64,000 nt of DNA from Oxalobacteraceae bacterium (lineage in GTDB: Bacteria; Pseudomonadota; Gammaproteobacteria; Burkholderiales; Burkholderiaceae_D), in NCBI GenBank assembly GCA_043758755.1, contig JAYVMW010000059.1, positions 178,960 through 242,959 on the forward strand, given 5' to 3'. Position numbers and translations under genes: made by a program. The notes beneath the pieces were generated by a model, which searched no databases, was not told the origin of the DNA, and was given only the letters and a program-made list of their open reading frames with translations. Shown here one piece after another: positions 50,070-60,176 of this stretch; the stretch's first letter is position 1; each line of letters starts with the position of its first letter.

Positions 50070-50583
50070 TCCGATCAAATAAAATTTCAATACGGGCTAG
50101 GCGGTCACAGTGGCGTGACAGCCAACCCATCCAATTGCACTGCGTTACGGGGGAGAGTTTTCCGGACTAGCGATGGATGCAGTCCGAGGGATTTATGCAG
50201 GCAGCCCACGCCTCGCTGCGATGACGGCACAGCGGCCGAGAGATCATGTCACGGCCTGCGCCGAATGTTTCTATTTTTAGAATTGCATGGACCGCCCGCT
50301 GTTGTCAAACTTTATTTTGACCCGGCGCTTCAAATAAGAAAATCATAGGCAAGAGGACTACCCCGCTCACCTGGATCTGAATTTGCACACTGGAATGTCG
50401 GTTTTGCGGTTCTACGCTGATTTGGACCTCAACGTGCAGAGGCGCACCTTAAACCTGTCTTTTAGGATCAAAAAACGCTGTAAGGACGCGTCTACATGTC
50501 GCCAGTCGGAATCGGCCGTCCTTGACGGATTATTCGCTCCGAGGGCATGCTGAGGCCGTAGCGGCAACAGCGAGCTGCGTTGC

Positions 50584-50620
50584 AAAAAAGCCCCAATGCG
50601 ATTTGGTCGCATTGGAGGCT
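50584..50620 (-). terminator. Intrinsic terminator after paralogue 2
   Basis: Minus strand AGCCTCCAATGCGA-CCAAA-TCGCATTGGGGC followed by T6. Confidence 0.7.
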
Positions 50621-50639
50621 ATAGGGGATTTAATCGATT

Positions 50640-51560
50640 CTACGCACCTGGAACGTAGACGGGCTTAGGCATGCCTGAGCGCCACTGTTGAAACACGTGA
50701 GCGCGATGGTAGGCTAGGTACTTCTTTTGATGCTTATTCAAAGTTGGCAGATTGAAGTCACAGTCGACCCAGGGATCGAATGCGTCGTGGTCCATCGCCG
50801 GATCGTGAGTCTGCTCACCAGTGCTTTGGAAACTGACCAGCCCCATCGCAAAGTGATCAGCAAGCTGTGCGTCGAGTAGGATATAGTTATTCGCGTCAAG
50901 GCGTTCGATATCGGAGCTTGCCTCCCATGGCACGATGCGCGTTGCCACCCAATCGAGTTCGTGATCGGTTACTGAACGATGCTCATCGCGGTCGTAGATT
51001 CGGACAGCCAAGTTACCGCTGGCGCGCAGCGCATCGCACAGACGGATCTTAGCTTCAGCGCTGATATCGGCGCGGGCAATGATGTGAAGGAGTTGTTCTG
51101 CCTGTTCATCTCTTTTCATCGTGCTGACCATGCACTGGGCACCTTGAAGGAGCGAAGCAAGCGGTGCAAAATGTTGGGTATCGGCTGCATCAATCGCGAG
51201 TACATCTTCGAAATCGGGATAAGCGCATCCGTGACGTTGTGCGCTCGCCTTCAGCGCGGCTTTCTGCGTCGCCGACAGCGTGGCTTGGCTTAGTTCGGGA
51301 TAAAGATTCATGCGTACCCAAACTTTGGAGATCAGGCCAACTTTGTTTTTCTTACTCCCCCCCATTTGCCAGAAACTGCATTCCGTGACACGCCCAGCCG
51401 CGACCACATAGCCGTGACGCAGGGCGAAAGCGATATCGCCTACTTTGACATTGGAATTTGCGCCTGCCATGCACGCCGACAATTGGCCGCTCCAGGAAAA
51501 GACCCGTGTGACGGTGTCCAGGTTGACGACTACGACATTGTTTTGACTGATTGTACGCAT
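50640..51560 (-). CDS. EVE/PUA-like + degenerate HNH protein, paralogue 2
   Basis: VKVGDIAFAL..YVVAAG; WVATRIVPW..SDIERLDANNYILL..LADHFAMGLVSF; YLAYHRAHVF; AAGGA RBS. Confidence 0.75.
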   Translation of the reverse strand: MRTISQNNVVVVNLDTVTRVFSWSGQLSACMAGANSNVKVGDIAFALRHGYVVAAGRVTECSFWQMGGSKKNKVGLISKVWVRMNLYPELSQATLSATQKAALKASAQRHGCAYPDFEDVLAIDAADTQHFAPLASLLQGAQCMVSTMKRDEQAEQLLHIIARADISAEAKIRLCDALRASGNLAVRIYDRDEHRSVTDHELDWVATRIVPWEASSDIERLDANNYILLDAQLADHFAMGLVSFQSTGEQTHDPAMDHDAFDPWVDCDFNLPTLNKHQKKYLAYHRAHVFQQWRSGMPKPVYVPGA

Positions 51561-51631
51561 TTTGATTTCCTTATATTGGATAAAAAAGAGGCCACACGCT
51601 GGTGGCCTCAGTGGTAATACTGCTCGTTGAC

Positions 51632-51908
51632 TTAGTCGTTGCTCATAGCGCTTTCCAGGGACTGGCGGTTGTATTGATCGGACTGATACTCCTGTGCATC
51701 CAGCAACCAGAATTTGCTGCCATTCGACTCGCGGCTCTCGATGCTGAGCGCCGTGAGTTGTTTGCCGAACTTGATCAGATTCAGGGCAGGGAAGCGGAAC
51801 CGCGCAGCGAAGCGTTGATACTGTTCGTACAACGCAGCTGGCTTGGTTCCTCTCTTGTCTGCGGAGCAGGCCTCCTTGACGAAATAGCGGACGCTATCGG
51901 TGGCAGGC
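51632..51908 (-). pseudogene. C-terminal winged-helix scrap of a D5/P4-type primase-helicase
   Basis: ATDSVRYFVKEAC..LYEQYQRFA..FGKQL...IESRESNG; no start; followed by a hairpin with T6 at 51582-51610. Confidence 0.55.
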
Positions 51909-52024
51909 GAAACGACTCAAAAATGATGCAGATAAACGAGTTGTGAAGTCTGCAAAAACAGAGCAAGTCTTCAATTCAAATTCGGCTCAACCAGCCTAAA
52001 AACGATACGAAAGCAGAGAACACC

Positions 52025-52531
52025 ATGAGCACATACTTCGCACAGCCCTATAACACCGACGCAAGAGGTTTTTACTTTGACAGCATGGATTCTTATACCA
52101 GCCAATCAGAAAGCCTTACAGACGGTTTTGGTAGCCCTGTGGAAGAATTTGAAATCCAGTTTATAGACGGTGACGATTGCGAGTTATTTTCAGCCTGTGG
52201 TATTGATCAAAGCAATTTAAATCTGTGGTTTGAAACCATTGTTGATTTAGCTGACCATGAAAAAACAGCCTTGTACTATTTGCGCAGTGTTTCAGGTTAC
52301 AACTTGGAAAATGCTCTTGATAAGCTGGAAGACGTAAATTTGTCTGAAGGTAATTTGAAGGACATAGCTGAAACTTTGTTTGATGAGTTCTATTTAAACG
52401 ACGTGCCAGAATCAGTACGTGCTTATATTGATTACGGAAAATTTGCGCTGGATTGTCAAATGGGTGGCGACTTATACGAGTTTGATTTTGAAGGCACAAC
52501 TTGGACATGCACCAACGCTTCAAGCATTTAG
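52025..52531 (+). CDS. ardA: Antirestriction protein ArdA-like (acidic DNA mimic)
   Basis: Very D/E-rich; FAQPY...A.GFYF, PVEEFEIQFIDG, YIDYGKFALD..MGGD. Confidence 0.8.
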   Translation: MSTYFAQPYNTDARGFYFDSMDSYTSQSESLTDGFGSPVEEFEIQFIDGDDCELFSACGIDQSNLNLWFETIVDLADHEKTALYYLRSVSGYNLENALDKLEDVNLSEGNLKDIAETLFDEFYLNDVPESVRAYIDYGKFALDCQMGGDLYEFDFEGTTWTCTNASSI

Positions 52532-52647
52532 TCAAAATAACGTGGACAGGGTGGGCAGGTTGGACTTGCCGATGGGAAGAACGTGTTTTGACTGAAAATA
52601 TTGATAGGCTACAGCGTAGCCTATACGTAGCCTAGACACCAAGAAAC

Positions 52648-52683
52648 AAAAAAGGGTTAGTGCCTACTACGGCTCTAACCCTT
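52648..52683 (-). terminator. Intrinsic terminator after tRNA-Phe
   Basis: AAGGGTTAG..GCC/GGC..CTAACCCTT hairpin with T6 on the minus strand. Confidence 0.8.
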
Positions 52684-52691
52684 GATGTACT

Positions 52692-52767
52692 TGGTGGCCC
52701 GGGGCGGAATCGAACCACCGACACAAGGATTTTCAATCCTCTGCTCTACCGACTGAGCTACCAGGCC
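52692..52767 (-). tRNA. tRNA-Phe(GAA)
   Basis: GGCCTGGTAGCTCAGTCGGTAGAGCAGAGGATTGAAAATCCTTGTGTCGGTGGTTCGATTCCGCCCCGGGCCACCA; 76 nt with CCA end. Confidence 0.98.
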
Positions 52768-52898
52768 AAGAGCGGCATTATAGCCAAGTCTGGTGTAAAA
52801 TGGAAACACTTTTTTGAATTAATTTCCCGCCTCCTGCCACACGGTGTATTTTTGTGTGGTCGATTTTGTAAATAATTGTCTTTTTTCTGTGAGCCACT

Positions 52899-54062
52899 AT
52901 GCAATGTGAGATAGCCGTTATCGGTAACGGCGCTGTGGGCAAGACGACCGCTCTGGGCTTTGCCCAGGCCGGTTTCAAAGTGATTCTGGTGGCGCCTTCC
53001 TCTGCCGCCAAACCTGTTTCTTTCGATTGGGATGCTCGCGTATTTGCGTTGAACCATACCGCCAAAAATCTACTCAGTAAATTAAAAGTATGGGATGCGC
53101 TCGATCTGCAACGGGTGGCACCGGTTCAGGCCATGCATGTGGTTGATGAAACCGGCGGCGTCATCGACCTCGATGCGTATGCTGCCAATCAAGAGCAACT
53201 GGCCTGGATCATTGAAGATCAGAATCTGAATCAGGCACTCGACGCCGCATTGCGCTTTGCTCCTAATCTCCAGATTGTGTTCGGCAAAACCGAATCGGTG
53301 TCGGCAGATTTTTCTGAGCTGACCCTTGATAATAAAATTAAACTGCAGGCCGAACTGTGGGTCGGTGCTGATGGCGCGCAGTCATGGTTGCGCAATCAGG
53401 CTGATATCGGACTTGATTACCGTTCCTACGCGCAGCGTGGTGTGGTTGCCAATTTCAGTTGCGCCAAACCGCATCACGGTGTGGCACATCAATGGTTTGC
53501 GGGAGAGCAGGGTGTGATTGCGCTGTTGCCGCTGCCGGGGCAGCAGGTATCACTGGTCTGGTCAGCGCCAGAATCACTGGCGGTAACGCTCATGTCTGAG
53601 ACCACCCAGCAGATTGCAGAGCGGCTGGCTCTTTTTTGCAGCGAGCCGTTGGGTGAACTGATTCCGTTGCCGCCACAGCGCGCGCTGGCATTTCCATTGC
53701 AGCTTATCGGTCCGCACAGCATGATCGCTCCGCGCCTGGCATTGGTGGGTGATGCCGCGCATGTGGTGCATCCGCTGGCCGGTCACGGTATGAATCTGGG
53801 CTTCGGCGATGTGGTTGCCCTGCTCGAAGCCGTGTCGCAGCGTGAATCATGGCGCAGTTGCGGTGATGCGCGGGTGTTGCAGCGTTATGCCCGCGAGCGC
53901 AAGGAGGATGTGTTACTGATGCAGCTGGCCACCGATGGGCTGTCCATGCTGTTCGGCTCGCAGCTCACGCCCGTTAAAGCGCTGCGCAGTGCAGGAATGA
54001 AGCTGGTGAACAAACTGCCGTTTCTGAAAAAGCAGTTCATTCAGCAGGCCATGGGCAAATAG
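52899..54062 (+). CDS. UbiH/UbiF/VisC-family FAD hydroxylase
   Basis: IGNGAVG, DARVFAL, VGADGAQS, LVGDAAHVVHPLAGHGMNLGFGD. Confidence 0.92.
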   Translation: MQCEIAVIGNGAVGKTTALGFAQAGFKVILVAPSSAAKPVSFDWDARVFALNHTAKNLLSKLKVWDALDLQRVAPVQAMHVVDETGGVIDLDAYAANQEQLAWIIEDQNLNQALDAALRFAPNLQIVFGKTESVSADFSELTLDNKIKLQAELWVGADGAQSWLRNQADIGLDYRSYAQRGVVANFSCAKPHHGVAHQWFAGEQGVIALLPLPGQQVSLVWSAPESLAVTLMSETTQQIAERLALFCSEPLGELIPLPPQRALAFPLQLIGPHSMIAPRLALVGDAAHVVHPLAGHGMNLGFGDVVALLEAVSQRESWRSCGDARVLQRYARERKEDVLLMQLATDGLSMLFGSQLTPVKALRSAGMKLVNKLPFLKKQFIQQAMGK

Positions 54063-54096
54063 AAATTTTTTCACTTTAGTTTTATATGGGACAGTT

Positions 54097-54831
54097 ATGA
54101 ACATTTTTAATAAATCAGGTCTGCTGCTGGCAAGTGTGACGATGAGTCTGTTGCTGACATCGGCCTGCGCGCAGACTGATCAGGAAGCCGTTATCAAGAA
54201 GCTGATCGAGCCGAAACTGGGTGACAATATCAAGGTCGATTCGGTTAAGAAAACGCCCTATGCGGGCTGGTTTGAAGTATTGGTCGGCGATGATATTTTT
54301 TATACCGATGAAAAGGCACAATACCTGTTTGTGGGTAACGTCATGGACCTGAAGTCCCATAAAAACCTGACCAAGGCGCGCATGGAAAATATGCATTCCA
54401 TGAATTTTAGCGACCTGCCGTTTGACCTGGCCTTCAAACAGGTCAAGGGTAACGGTAAACGCGTGATTGCGGTGTTTGAAGATCCGAACTGCGGCTACTG
54501 CAAACGTCTGCGCAAGGCGCTGCAGAGCGTCGATAACATCACCATTTATACCTTCATGTATGACATTCTGTCCGACGATTCCGCAATCAAGTCGCGCAAC
54601 GTCTGGTGTACTGCTGACCCTGCCAAAACCTGGAATGACTGGATGGTGAATGGCAAGCCGGCACCGGAGGCGCCGGCCAGCTGCATGACCAATCCGCATG
54701 AAAAAATCATGGCGCTGGGTGCCAGACTGCATATCAGTGGTACGCCGGCGATCTTTTTCACCGATGGCACGCGCATACCGGGTTATGTTGACGCGGCTGA
54801 TTTGGAAGAAAAATTAAACAGCATTAAATAA
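54097..54831 (+). CDS. dsbC: Thiol:disulfide isomerase DsbC
   Basis: Signal peptide; FEDPNCGYCK; ISGTPA. Confidence 0.9.
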   Translation: MNIFNKSGLLLASVTMSLLLTSACAQTDQEAVIKKLIEPKLGDNIKVDSVKKTPYAGWFEVLVGDDIFYTDEKAQYLFVGNVMDLKSHKNLTKARMENMHSMNFSDLPFDLAFKQVKGNGKRVIAVFEDPNCGYCKRLRKALQSVDNITIYTFMYDILSDDSAIKSRNVWCTADPAKTWNDWMVNGKPAPEAPASCMTNPHEKIMALGARLHISGTPAIFFTDGTRIPGYVDAADLEEKLNSIK

Positions 54832-54842
54832 TTCTGTCTTAG

Positions 54843-55439
54843 ATGATGACCCGACAAGCTACGGTAGGTATATTGCTGGCTGCCGGTTCCGGCCGGCGCT
54901 TTGATGCAACCGGAGCGCGCAACAAATTGTTGCAGTTGCTCGATGACGGTACTTCCGTCGCACAACATTCTGCGCGCACGCTGCTCAAGGTGTTAGAGGA
55001 TGTGGTTGCCGTGGTGAGCAATGAAAAATTGGCTGCGCAGTTGAAGCAGCTCGGTTGTCAGGTGCTGTTATATCCGGGCGCAGAGCTGGGGATGGGCGCT
55101 ACACTTGCTTATGCCGTTTCGCATGTCGCAGTCCAGTTTCCAGAAGCGCAATCGGTACTGATCGGTTTGGCCGACATGCCTTATGTGCAGTCGGACACGG
55201 TGTCCCGGATTGTGACTGAACTGGAACAGGGTGCCGGGATAGTACAGCCGGTGTATGAGCAGCAGGTCGGGCATCCGGTCGGATTTGCCAGCTGTTATTT
55301 TGCGGCGCTGATGGCACTGCAGGGCGATACCGGGGCGCGACATTTGCTGCGTGAATTTCCGGTGCTGCGGCTGGCGGTTCAAGATTCCGGCATTATTTTG
55401 GACATCGATTATTTATCCGATATTCAGTTAAACCCTTAA
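54843..55439 (+). CDS. MocA/MobA-like nucleotidyltransferase
   Basis: LLAAGSGRRF, NKLL, GMGATL, LADMP, GHPVGF, GDTGAR, DID. Confidence 0.85.
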   Translation: MMTRQATVGILLAAGSGRRFDATGARNKLLQLLDDGTSVAQHSARTLLKVLEDVVAVVSNEKLAAQLKQLGCQVLLYPGAELGMGATLAYAVSHVAVQFPEAQSVLIGLADMPYVQSDTVSRIVTELEQGAGIVQPVYEQQVGHPVGFASCYFAALMALQGDTGARHLLREFPVLRLAVQDSGIILDIDYLSDIQLNP

Positions 55440-55462
55440 TTTAAATCCACCTTCTCCCAAAC

Positions 55463-55921
55463 ATGAATCATCAATTTTTAAGTAAGCGACTGGCACATCA
55501 ACTTGGCATTGTCGGGCTGGTACCGTTTGTTTTTCTGAGCCTGGCCTGCTGGATCGCTCATCCGGAATGGATGGAAGGATTTGTCTACGCGCAAAGCGCC
55601 TACGGCATCGCGATTCTTTCATTTTTGGGTGGCATACACTGGGGTGTGGCGCTGACTTCGCCCGGACTGACCGCGCTGCAGATTCGGCGCGCCCTGATCT
55701 GGGGCGTGGTGCCCAGCATGATCGCCTGCGCTTCCAAGCTGCATTTTGGGCTGGGCTTTTTTGTGTTGATGTTCGGGTTCATTGTGGCCTACCAGATCGA
55801 TAAAAAATTGTATGTAACCTACCATATACCGGACTGGTTCCTGGTGTTGCGCCGCAGACTGACGATAGTCGTGGTGCTGGCTCTGGCAGTGACGTTGCTG
55901 GCAGTGAATGTGCGCAATTAA
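55463..55921 (+). CDS. DUF3429-like membrane protein
   Basis: GLVPF, YG.AILSFLGGIHWG, WGVVPS, D......PDWF..LR..LT. Confidence 0.8.
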   Translation: MNHQFLSKRLAHQLGIVGLVPFVFLSLACWIAHPEWMEGFVYAQSAYGIAILSFLGGIHWGVALTSPGLTALQIRRALIWGVVPSMIACASKLHFGLGFFVLMFGFIVAYQIDKKLYVTYHIPDWFLVLRRRLTIVVVLALAVTLLAVNVRN

Positions 55922-55928
55922 CTGATAT

Positions 55929-57752
55929 TTGGCTCCTATGACTATTTACTATTCCATTGTTCCCAAAGATCTTGCCGGTCATGTATTCAAAGTGACCCTG
56001 CAGGTTGACCAGCCTGATCCACTCGGTCAGCAATTCAAATTGCCGGCCTGGATACCAGGCAGTTACATGGTGCGCGAATTTGCGCGTCACATTGTGCAGA
56101 TCAAAGCCAGTTCGAATGGCAAAAAGGTGGCGCTGACCAAACTGGATAAACACAGCTGGTGCGCCGCACCGGTAAGCGGACCACTGACGCTGGAATATGA
56201 TGTGTATGCGTGGGACCTGTCGGTGCGCTCGGCACATCTGGATCAGACCCACGGATTTTTCAACGGTACCAGCGTATTTTTGCGCGTGCTGGGGCAAGAA
56301 CTTGCGCGCCATGTAGTGGACATTCAAAAACCGTCTGATCCGGTCTGCGAAAAATGGCGCGTTGCAACCACGCTGCCGCTGCACAAGGCAAAGCTTTATG
56401 GATTTGGCACCTACGCTGCGCAAAATTATGACGAACTGATTGATCATCCGGTAGAGATGGGCACCTTCGCCAAAGTTACTTTCTCCGTACATGGCGTGCC
56501 GCATGATTTCATTCTGACCGGCGTTGTGCCGAATGTAGATCTGGAGCGCATTGCCAGCGATCTGGAAAAAATCTGCGCGTACCAGAGCGCGCTGTTCGAA
56601 CCCAAAACCAGACGAGCTCCCGTTGATCGGTATGTGTTCATGACCATGGCAGTCGGCGCTGGTTACGGCGGGCTGGAACATCGTGCTTCCACCGCCTTGC
56701 TGTGCAGCCGTTCCGAGTTGCCGGTCAAGGGCAGCGGTGCGGCCAGTGAGGCCTACATCACTTTCCTGGGTTTGTGCAGCCATGAATATTTCCATACCTG
56801 GAATGTCAAGCGCATCAAGCCGGATGCCTTTGCCGACTATGATCTGCAGCAGGAAAATTACACTTCGTTGTTGTGGTTCTTTGAAGGCGTGACCAGTTAT
56901 TACGATGATCTGGTGCTGCTCAAATGTGGTCTAATCAGTGAACCAACCTATTTTAATCTGGTGAGCAAGGCCTTGAATGGTGTGCTGCGCGGTTCTGGCC
57001 GCAACCGGCAGAGTCTGGCTGAATCCAGTTTTGATGCCTGGTCCAAATACTATCGCCAGGACGAAAATTCGCCGAATGCGATTGTCAGTTATTACACCAA
57101 AGGATCGCTGCTGGCCATGACGCTCGATCTGACCATTCGGCGCGCCAGTGCCGGAAAAAAATCACTGGATGATTTGATGCGCCTGTTATGGCAAAAATTC
57201 GGACGCGACTTTTATGAGCTGGCAAAGGATGGTAGGCAGCAGGGCGTGACCGAATCACAGTTGCAGGAACTTATCGAGCAGCTGAGCGGCATCAAAATGA
57301 AAACGTTTTTTGACCAATATGTGCGCGGCACCAAGGAATTGCCGCTGGCTGAGTTGCTGCCGGAATTCGGTGTGCAGTTGGCAGATTTGCGCAAATCGAA
57401 CCAGCCCAGCCTGGGCGTGAAACTCAAAGGCGAAAACAATGATTGCAAACTGATGCAGGTGTATTCCGGCAGCGCTGCCCATCAGGCCGGATTGTCGGCC
57501 GGCGATGTGCTGGTTGCGATTGAAGGCTTGCGGGTAACCGGTGCTGATGCCCAAACCAATGTTGGCAAATTGCTGGCCAGTTACCGTGTGGGTGATCAGA
57601 TTGTGGTGCACGCATTCCGGCGCGATGAGTTGATGTCGTTTAACGTGCGACTGCAGTCAGACGATACGCCGATGTGGGCATTTGAACTGATCAAGGAACA
57701 TAAGGGCGCGAAAAAAAGCAGACGCCCATCCTGGATGAAATCCGGAAAATAA
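55929..57752 (+). CDS. M61 glycyl aminopeptidase family protein with PDZ domain
   Basis: LPAWIPGSYMVREF, GGLEHRAST, SHEYFHTWNVKRI, EGVTSYYD, SYYTKG; C-terminal PDZ. Confidence 0.92.
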   Translation: MAPMTIYYSIVPKDLAGHVFKVTLQVDQPDPLGQQFKLPAWIPGSYMVREFARHIVQIKASSNGKKVALTKLDKHSWCAAPVSGPLTLEYDVYAWDLSVRSAHLDQTHGFFNGTSVFLRVLGQELARHVVDIQKPSDPVCEKWRVATTLPLHKAKLYGFGTYAAQNYDELIDHPVEMGTFAKVTFSVHGVPHDFILTGVVPNVDLERIASDLEKICAYQSALFEPKTRRAPVDRYVFMTMAVGAGYGGLEHRASTALLCSRSELPVKGSGAASEAYITFLGLCSHEYFHTWNVKRIKPDAFADYDLQQENYTSLLWFFEGVTSYYDDLVLLKCGLISEPTYFNLVSKALNGVLRGSGRNRQSLAESSFDAWSKYYRQDENSPNAIVSYYTKGSLLAMTLDLTIRRASAGKKSLDDLMRLLWQKFGRDFYELAKDGRQQGVTESQLQELIEQLSGIKMKTFFDQYVRGTKELPLAELLPEFGVQLADLRKSNQPSLGVKLKGENNDCKLMQVYSGSAAHQAGLSAGDVLVAIEGLRVTGADAQTNVGKLLASYRVGDQIVVHAFRRDELMSFNVRLQSDDTPMWAFELIKEHKGAKKSRRPSWMKSGK

Positions 57753-57755
57753 ACC

Positions 57756-58556
57756 TTAACCGAACAGGCGCGCCATTTCAACACCCGGTTCCGCGGCGCG
57801 CATAAATGCTTCGCCCACCAGAAAGCCGTGCACATTCTGATCACGCATGCGTTTGACATCATCGACCGTGCTGATGCCGGATTCGGTGATCACGCATTTT
57901 TCAGGCGGGATCTGCGCCAGAAGGGTGATGGTGTTGTCAAGCGAGACTTCGAAAGTGCGCAGGTTGCGGTTGTTAATGCCGAGCAGCGCCGTTTTTAAAG
58001 TCAGTGCCGATTTCAATTCCTGTGCGTTGTGCACTTCCACCAGCACCGCCATGCCCAGTTCGTGTGCCAGTGCTTCCATTTCGCGCATCAGCCCAACATC
58101 CAGTGCTGCCACGATCAGCAGTATCGCATCGGCGCCCCAGTGGCGCGCCTGATAAATCTGGTACGGGTCAATCATGAAATCTTTACGCAGTGCCGGCAGC
58201 GCGCAGGCCGCGCGGGCCTGTTGCAGAAATTCCGGCGCACCCTGAAAAAACTGTACATCGGTCAGCACCGACAGGCAGGCCGCGCCGTGTTGTGCATAGC
58301 TGGTGGCGATCTGGGCGGGGTCGAATTCTGCGCGGATGATGCCTTTGGAGGGTGAGGCTTTTTTAATTTCAGCAATCACGCCCGGTTTGCCGGCTTTGAT
58401 CTTGTCACGTATGGCAGATTCAAAATTGCGCAGACCTGCACGCAGCGCCGTGTCCTGTTCGACCTCGCGACGCAGACTGGTCAGCTCCTGAATTTTTTTG
58501 GCGACGCGGATTTCGTCTTTTTTGACGTCCAGGATTTTGTTAAGTATGTCAGACAT
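57756..58556 (-). CDS. trpC: Indole-3-glycerol phosphate synthase
   Basis: [34 protein letters not shown]; start MSDIL. Confidence 0.96.
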   Translation of the reverse strand: MSDILNKILDVKKDEIRVAKKIQELTSLRREVEQDTALRAGLRNFESAIRDKIKAGKPGVIAEIKKASPSKGIIRAEFDPAQIATSYAQHGAACLSVLTDVQFFQGAPEFLQQARAACALPALRKDFMIDPYQIYQARHWGADAILLIVAALDVGLMREMEALAHELGMAVLVEVHNAQELKSALTLKTALLGINNRNLRTFEVSLDNTITLLAQIPPEKCVITESGISTVDDVKRMRDQNVHGFLVGEAFMRAAEPGVEMARLFG

Positions 58557-59589
58557 TGTGTGCCCCGAGTTGCTGGGTGACCTGAATAAACTGTGCCATT
58601 TTGGCGCGTGCGGCACCGGAAATGATGGCCTGCTTGGCACGTTCCAGACCGTCGGCAATGCTGGTGGCGATACCGGCGCCATACAGGGCAATGCCGGCAT
58701 TGAGTGCCACAATATCGCGCGCCGGGCTGTGCTGGTCGCTTAATGATTCCAGCATTTTTGATTTTGATTCTGCGGCGTTGGCCACTTTGAAGCTGCGGTT
58801 CGACGCCATGGCCAGACCAAAATCTTCCGGATGAATTTCGTATTCGCGAATTTCGCCATTGACCAGTTCACCCACCATGGTGCCTGCGCCCAGCGAAGCT
58901 TCATCCATATTGTCGCGCCCCCAGACTACCAGCGCGTGACGGGCACCGAGGCGTTGCAGCACCCGCACCTGTATCCCGACCAGATCGGGGTGAAATACCC
59001 CCATCAATATATTGGGTGCACCGGCCGGATTGGTCAGCGGTCCCAGAATGTTGAAGATAGTGCGCACACCCAGTTCTTTGCGTACTGGCGCGGCGTGTTT
59101 CATGGCTGCGTGATGGTTGGGCGCAAACATGAAGCCGATCCCGGTCTGCGCAATGGACTGAGCAATCTGTTCCGGTTTCAGATTGATGTTGGCGCCCAGT
59201 GATTCCAGTACGTCAGCGCTGCCCGAGGAAGAGGAAACACTGCGCCCGCCGTGCTTGGCCACGCGCGCGCCGGCAGCAGCTGCGACAAACATCGATGCGG
59301 TGGAAATATTGAAAGTCAGTGAGCCGTCGCCGCCGGTGCCGACTATATCAATCAAATGATCGGTATTGGCCAGCGGTACCTTGGTCGAAAATTCGCGCAT
59401 CACCTGCGCTGCCGCGGTGATCTCGCCGATGGTTTCTTTTTTGACCCGCAGTGCTGTGGTCAGTGCTGCGATCATTACCGGCGATATTTCTCCGCTCATG
59501 ATTCTGCGGAACAGCGAGAGCATTTCATCGTGGAAGATTTCGCGGTGCTCGATGCAGCGTTGCAGTGCTTCTTGTGGCGTGATGGTCAT
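58549..59589 (-). CDS. trpD: Anthranilate phosphoribosyltransferase
   Basis: [40 protein letters not shown]. Confidence 0.96.
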   Translation of the reverse strand: MTITPQEALQRCIEHREIFHDEMLSLFRRIMSGEISPVMIAALTTALRVKKETIGEITAAAQVMREFSTKVPLANTDHLIDIVGTGGDGSLTFNISTASMFVAAAAGARVAKHGGRSVSSSSGSADVLESLGANINLKPEQIAQSIAQTGIGFMFAPNHHAAMKHAAPVRKELGVRTIFNILGPLTNPAGAPNILMGVFHPDLVGIQVRVLQRLGARHALVVWGRDNMDEASLGAGTMVGELVNGEIREYEIHPEDFGLAMASNRSFKVANAAESKSKMLESLSDQHSPARDIVALNAGIALYGAGIATSIADGLERAKQAIISGAARAKMAQFIQVTQQLGAHNV

Positions 59590-60176
59590 GTTGGACTCGC
59601 AGAAGTTTGGTCGGCATTGGTGATGAAATTTTTCAGCAGGGCGTGGCCGTGTTCGGACAGAATTGATTCGGGATGAAACTGCACACCCTGAATATTGAAG
59701 CCGGTGTGGCGCACTCCCATGATTTCGCCGTCGTCGGTCCAGGCCGTAACTTCCAGACAGTCGGGCAGCGTGGCGCGCTCAATGGCCAGTGAGTGATAGC
59801 GTGTGACGGTGTACGGCGTGGGCAAACCATGGAACACGCCAAAACCGGTGTGCGCGATCAGACTGGTTTTACCATGCATAACCTGTTTGGCGCGGATGAC
59901 CTTGCCGCCAAAGGCTGCAGCAATGGCCTGATGACCCAGACAAACACCGAGCATCGGAATCTGACCGGCAAAGCGTTGCAGCACGCCGACTGAAATTCCG
60001 GCTTCGTGCGGTGTGCACGGGCCGGGTGAAATGCAGATGTGGCTCGGTGCCAGAGCGGCCACTTCATCGAGCGTAATTTCATCATTGCGGAAAGTGCGCA
60101 CCTCTTCACCGAGTTCGCCAAAGTACTGCACCAGGTTATAAGTGAAGGAATCGTAGTTATCTATCATCAGCAGCAT
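59586..60176 (-). CDS. trpG: Anthranilate synthase component II
   Basis: [34 protein letters not shown]. Confidence 0.95.
   Translation of the reverse strand: MLLMIDNYDSFTYNLVQYFGELGEEVRTFRNDEITLDEVAALAPSHICISPGPCTPHEAGISVGVLQRFAGQIPMLGVCLGHQAIAAAFGGKVIRAKQVMHGKTSLIAHTGFGVFHGLPTPYTVTRYHSLAIERATLPDCLEVTAWTDDGEIMGVRHTGFNIQGVQFHPESILSEHGHALLKNFITNADQTSASPT

Larger units (their letters stand above)
42863..52736. mobile_element. Integrative element/island at tRNA-Phe bounded by the att direct repeat
   Basis: Flanking 46-bp repeat; carries recombinase, ParB/RepB, DUF3987 and ardA. Confidence 0.85.

Noticed and set aside
51602-51946. 114-aa plus-strand membrane-like ORF
   Set aside because: Opposite the better-supported primase scrap, with no clear RBS
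52530-52593. Integron attC site after ardA
   Set aside because: Poor match to RYYYAAC/GTTRRRY, single copy, and no integron integrase
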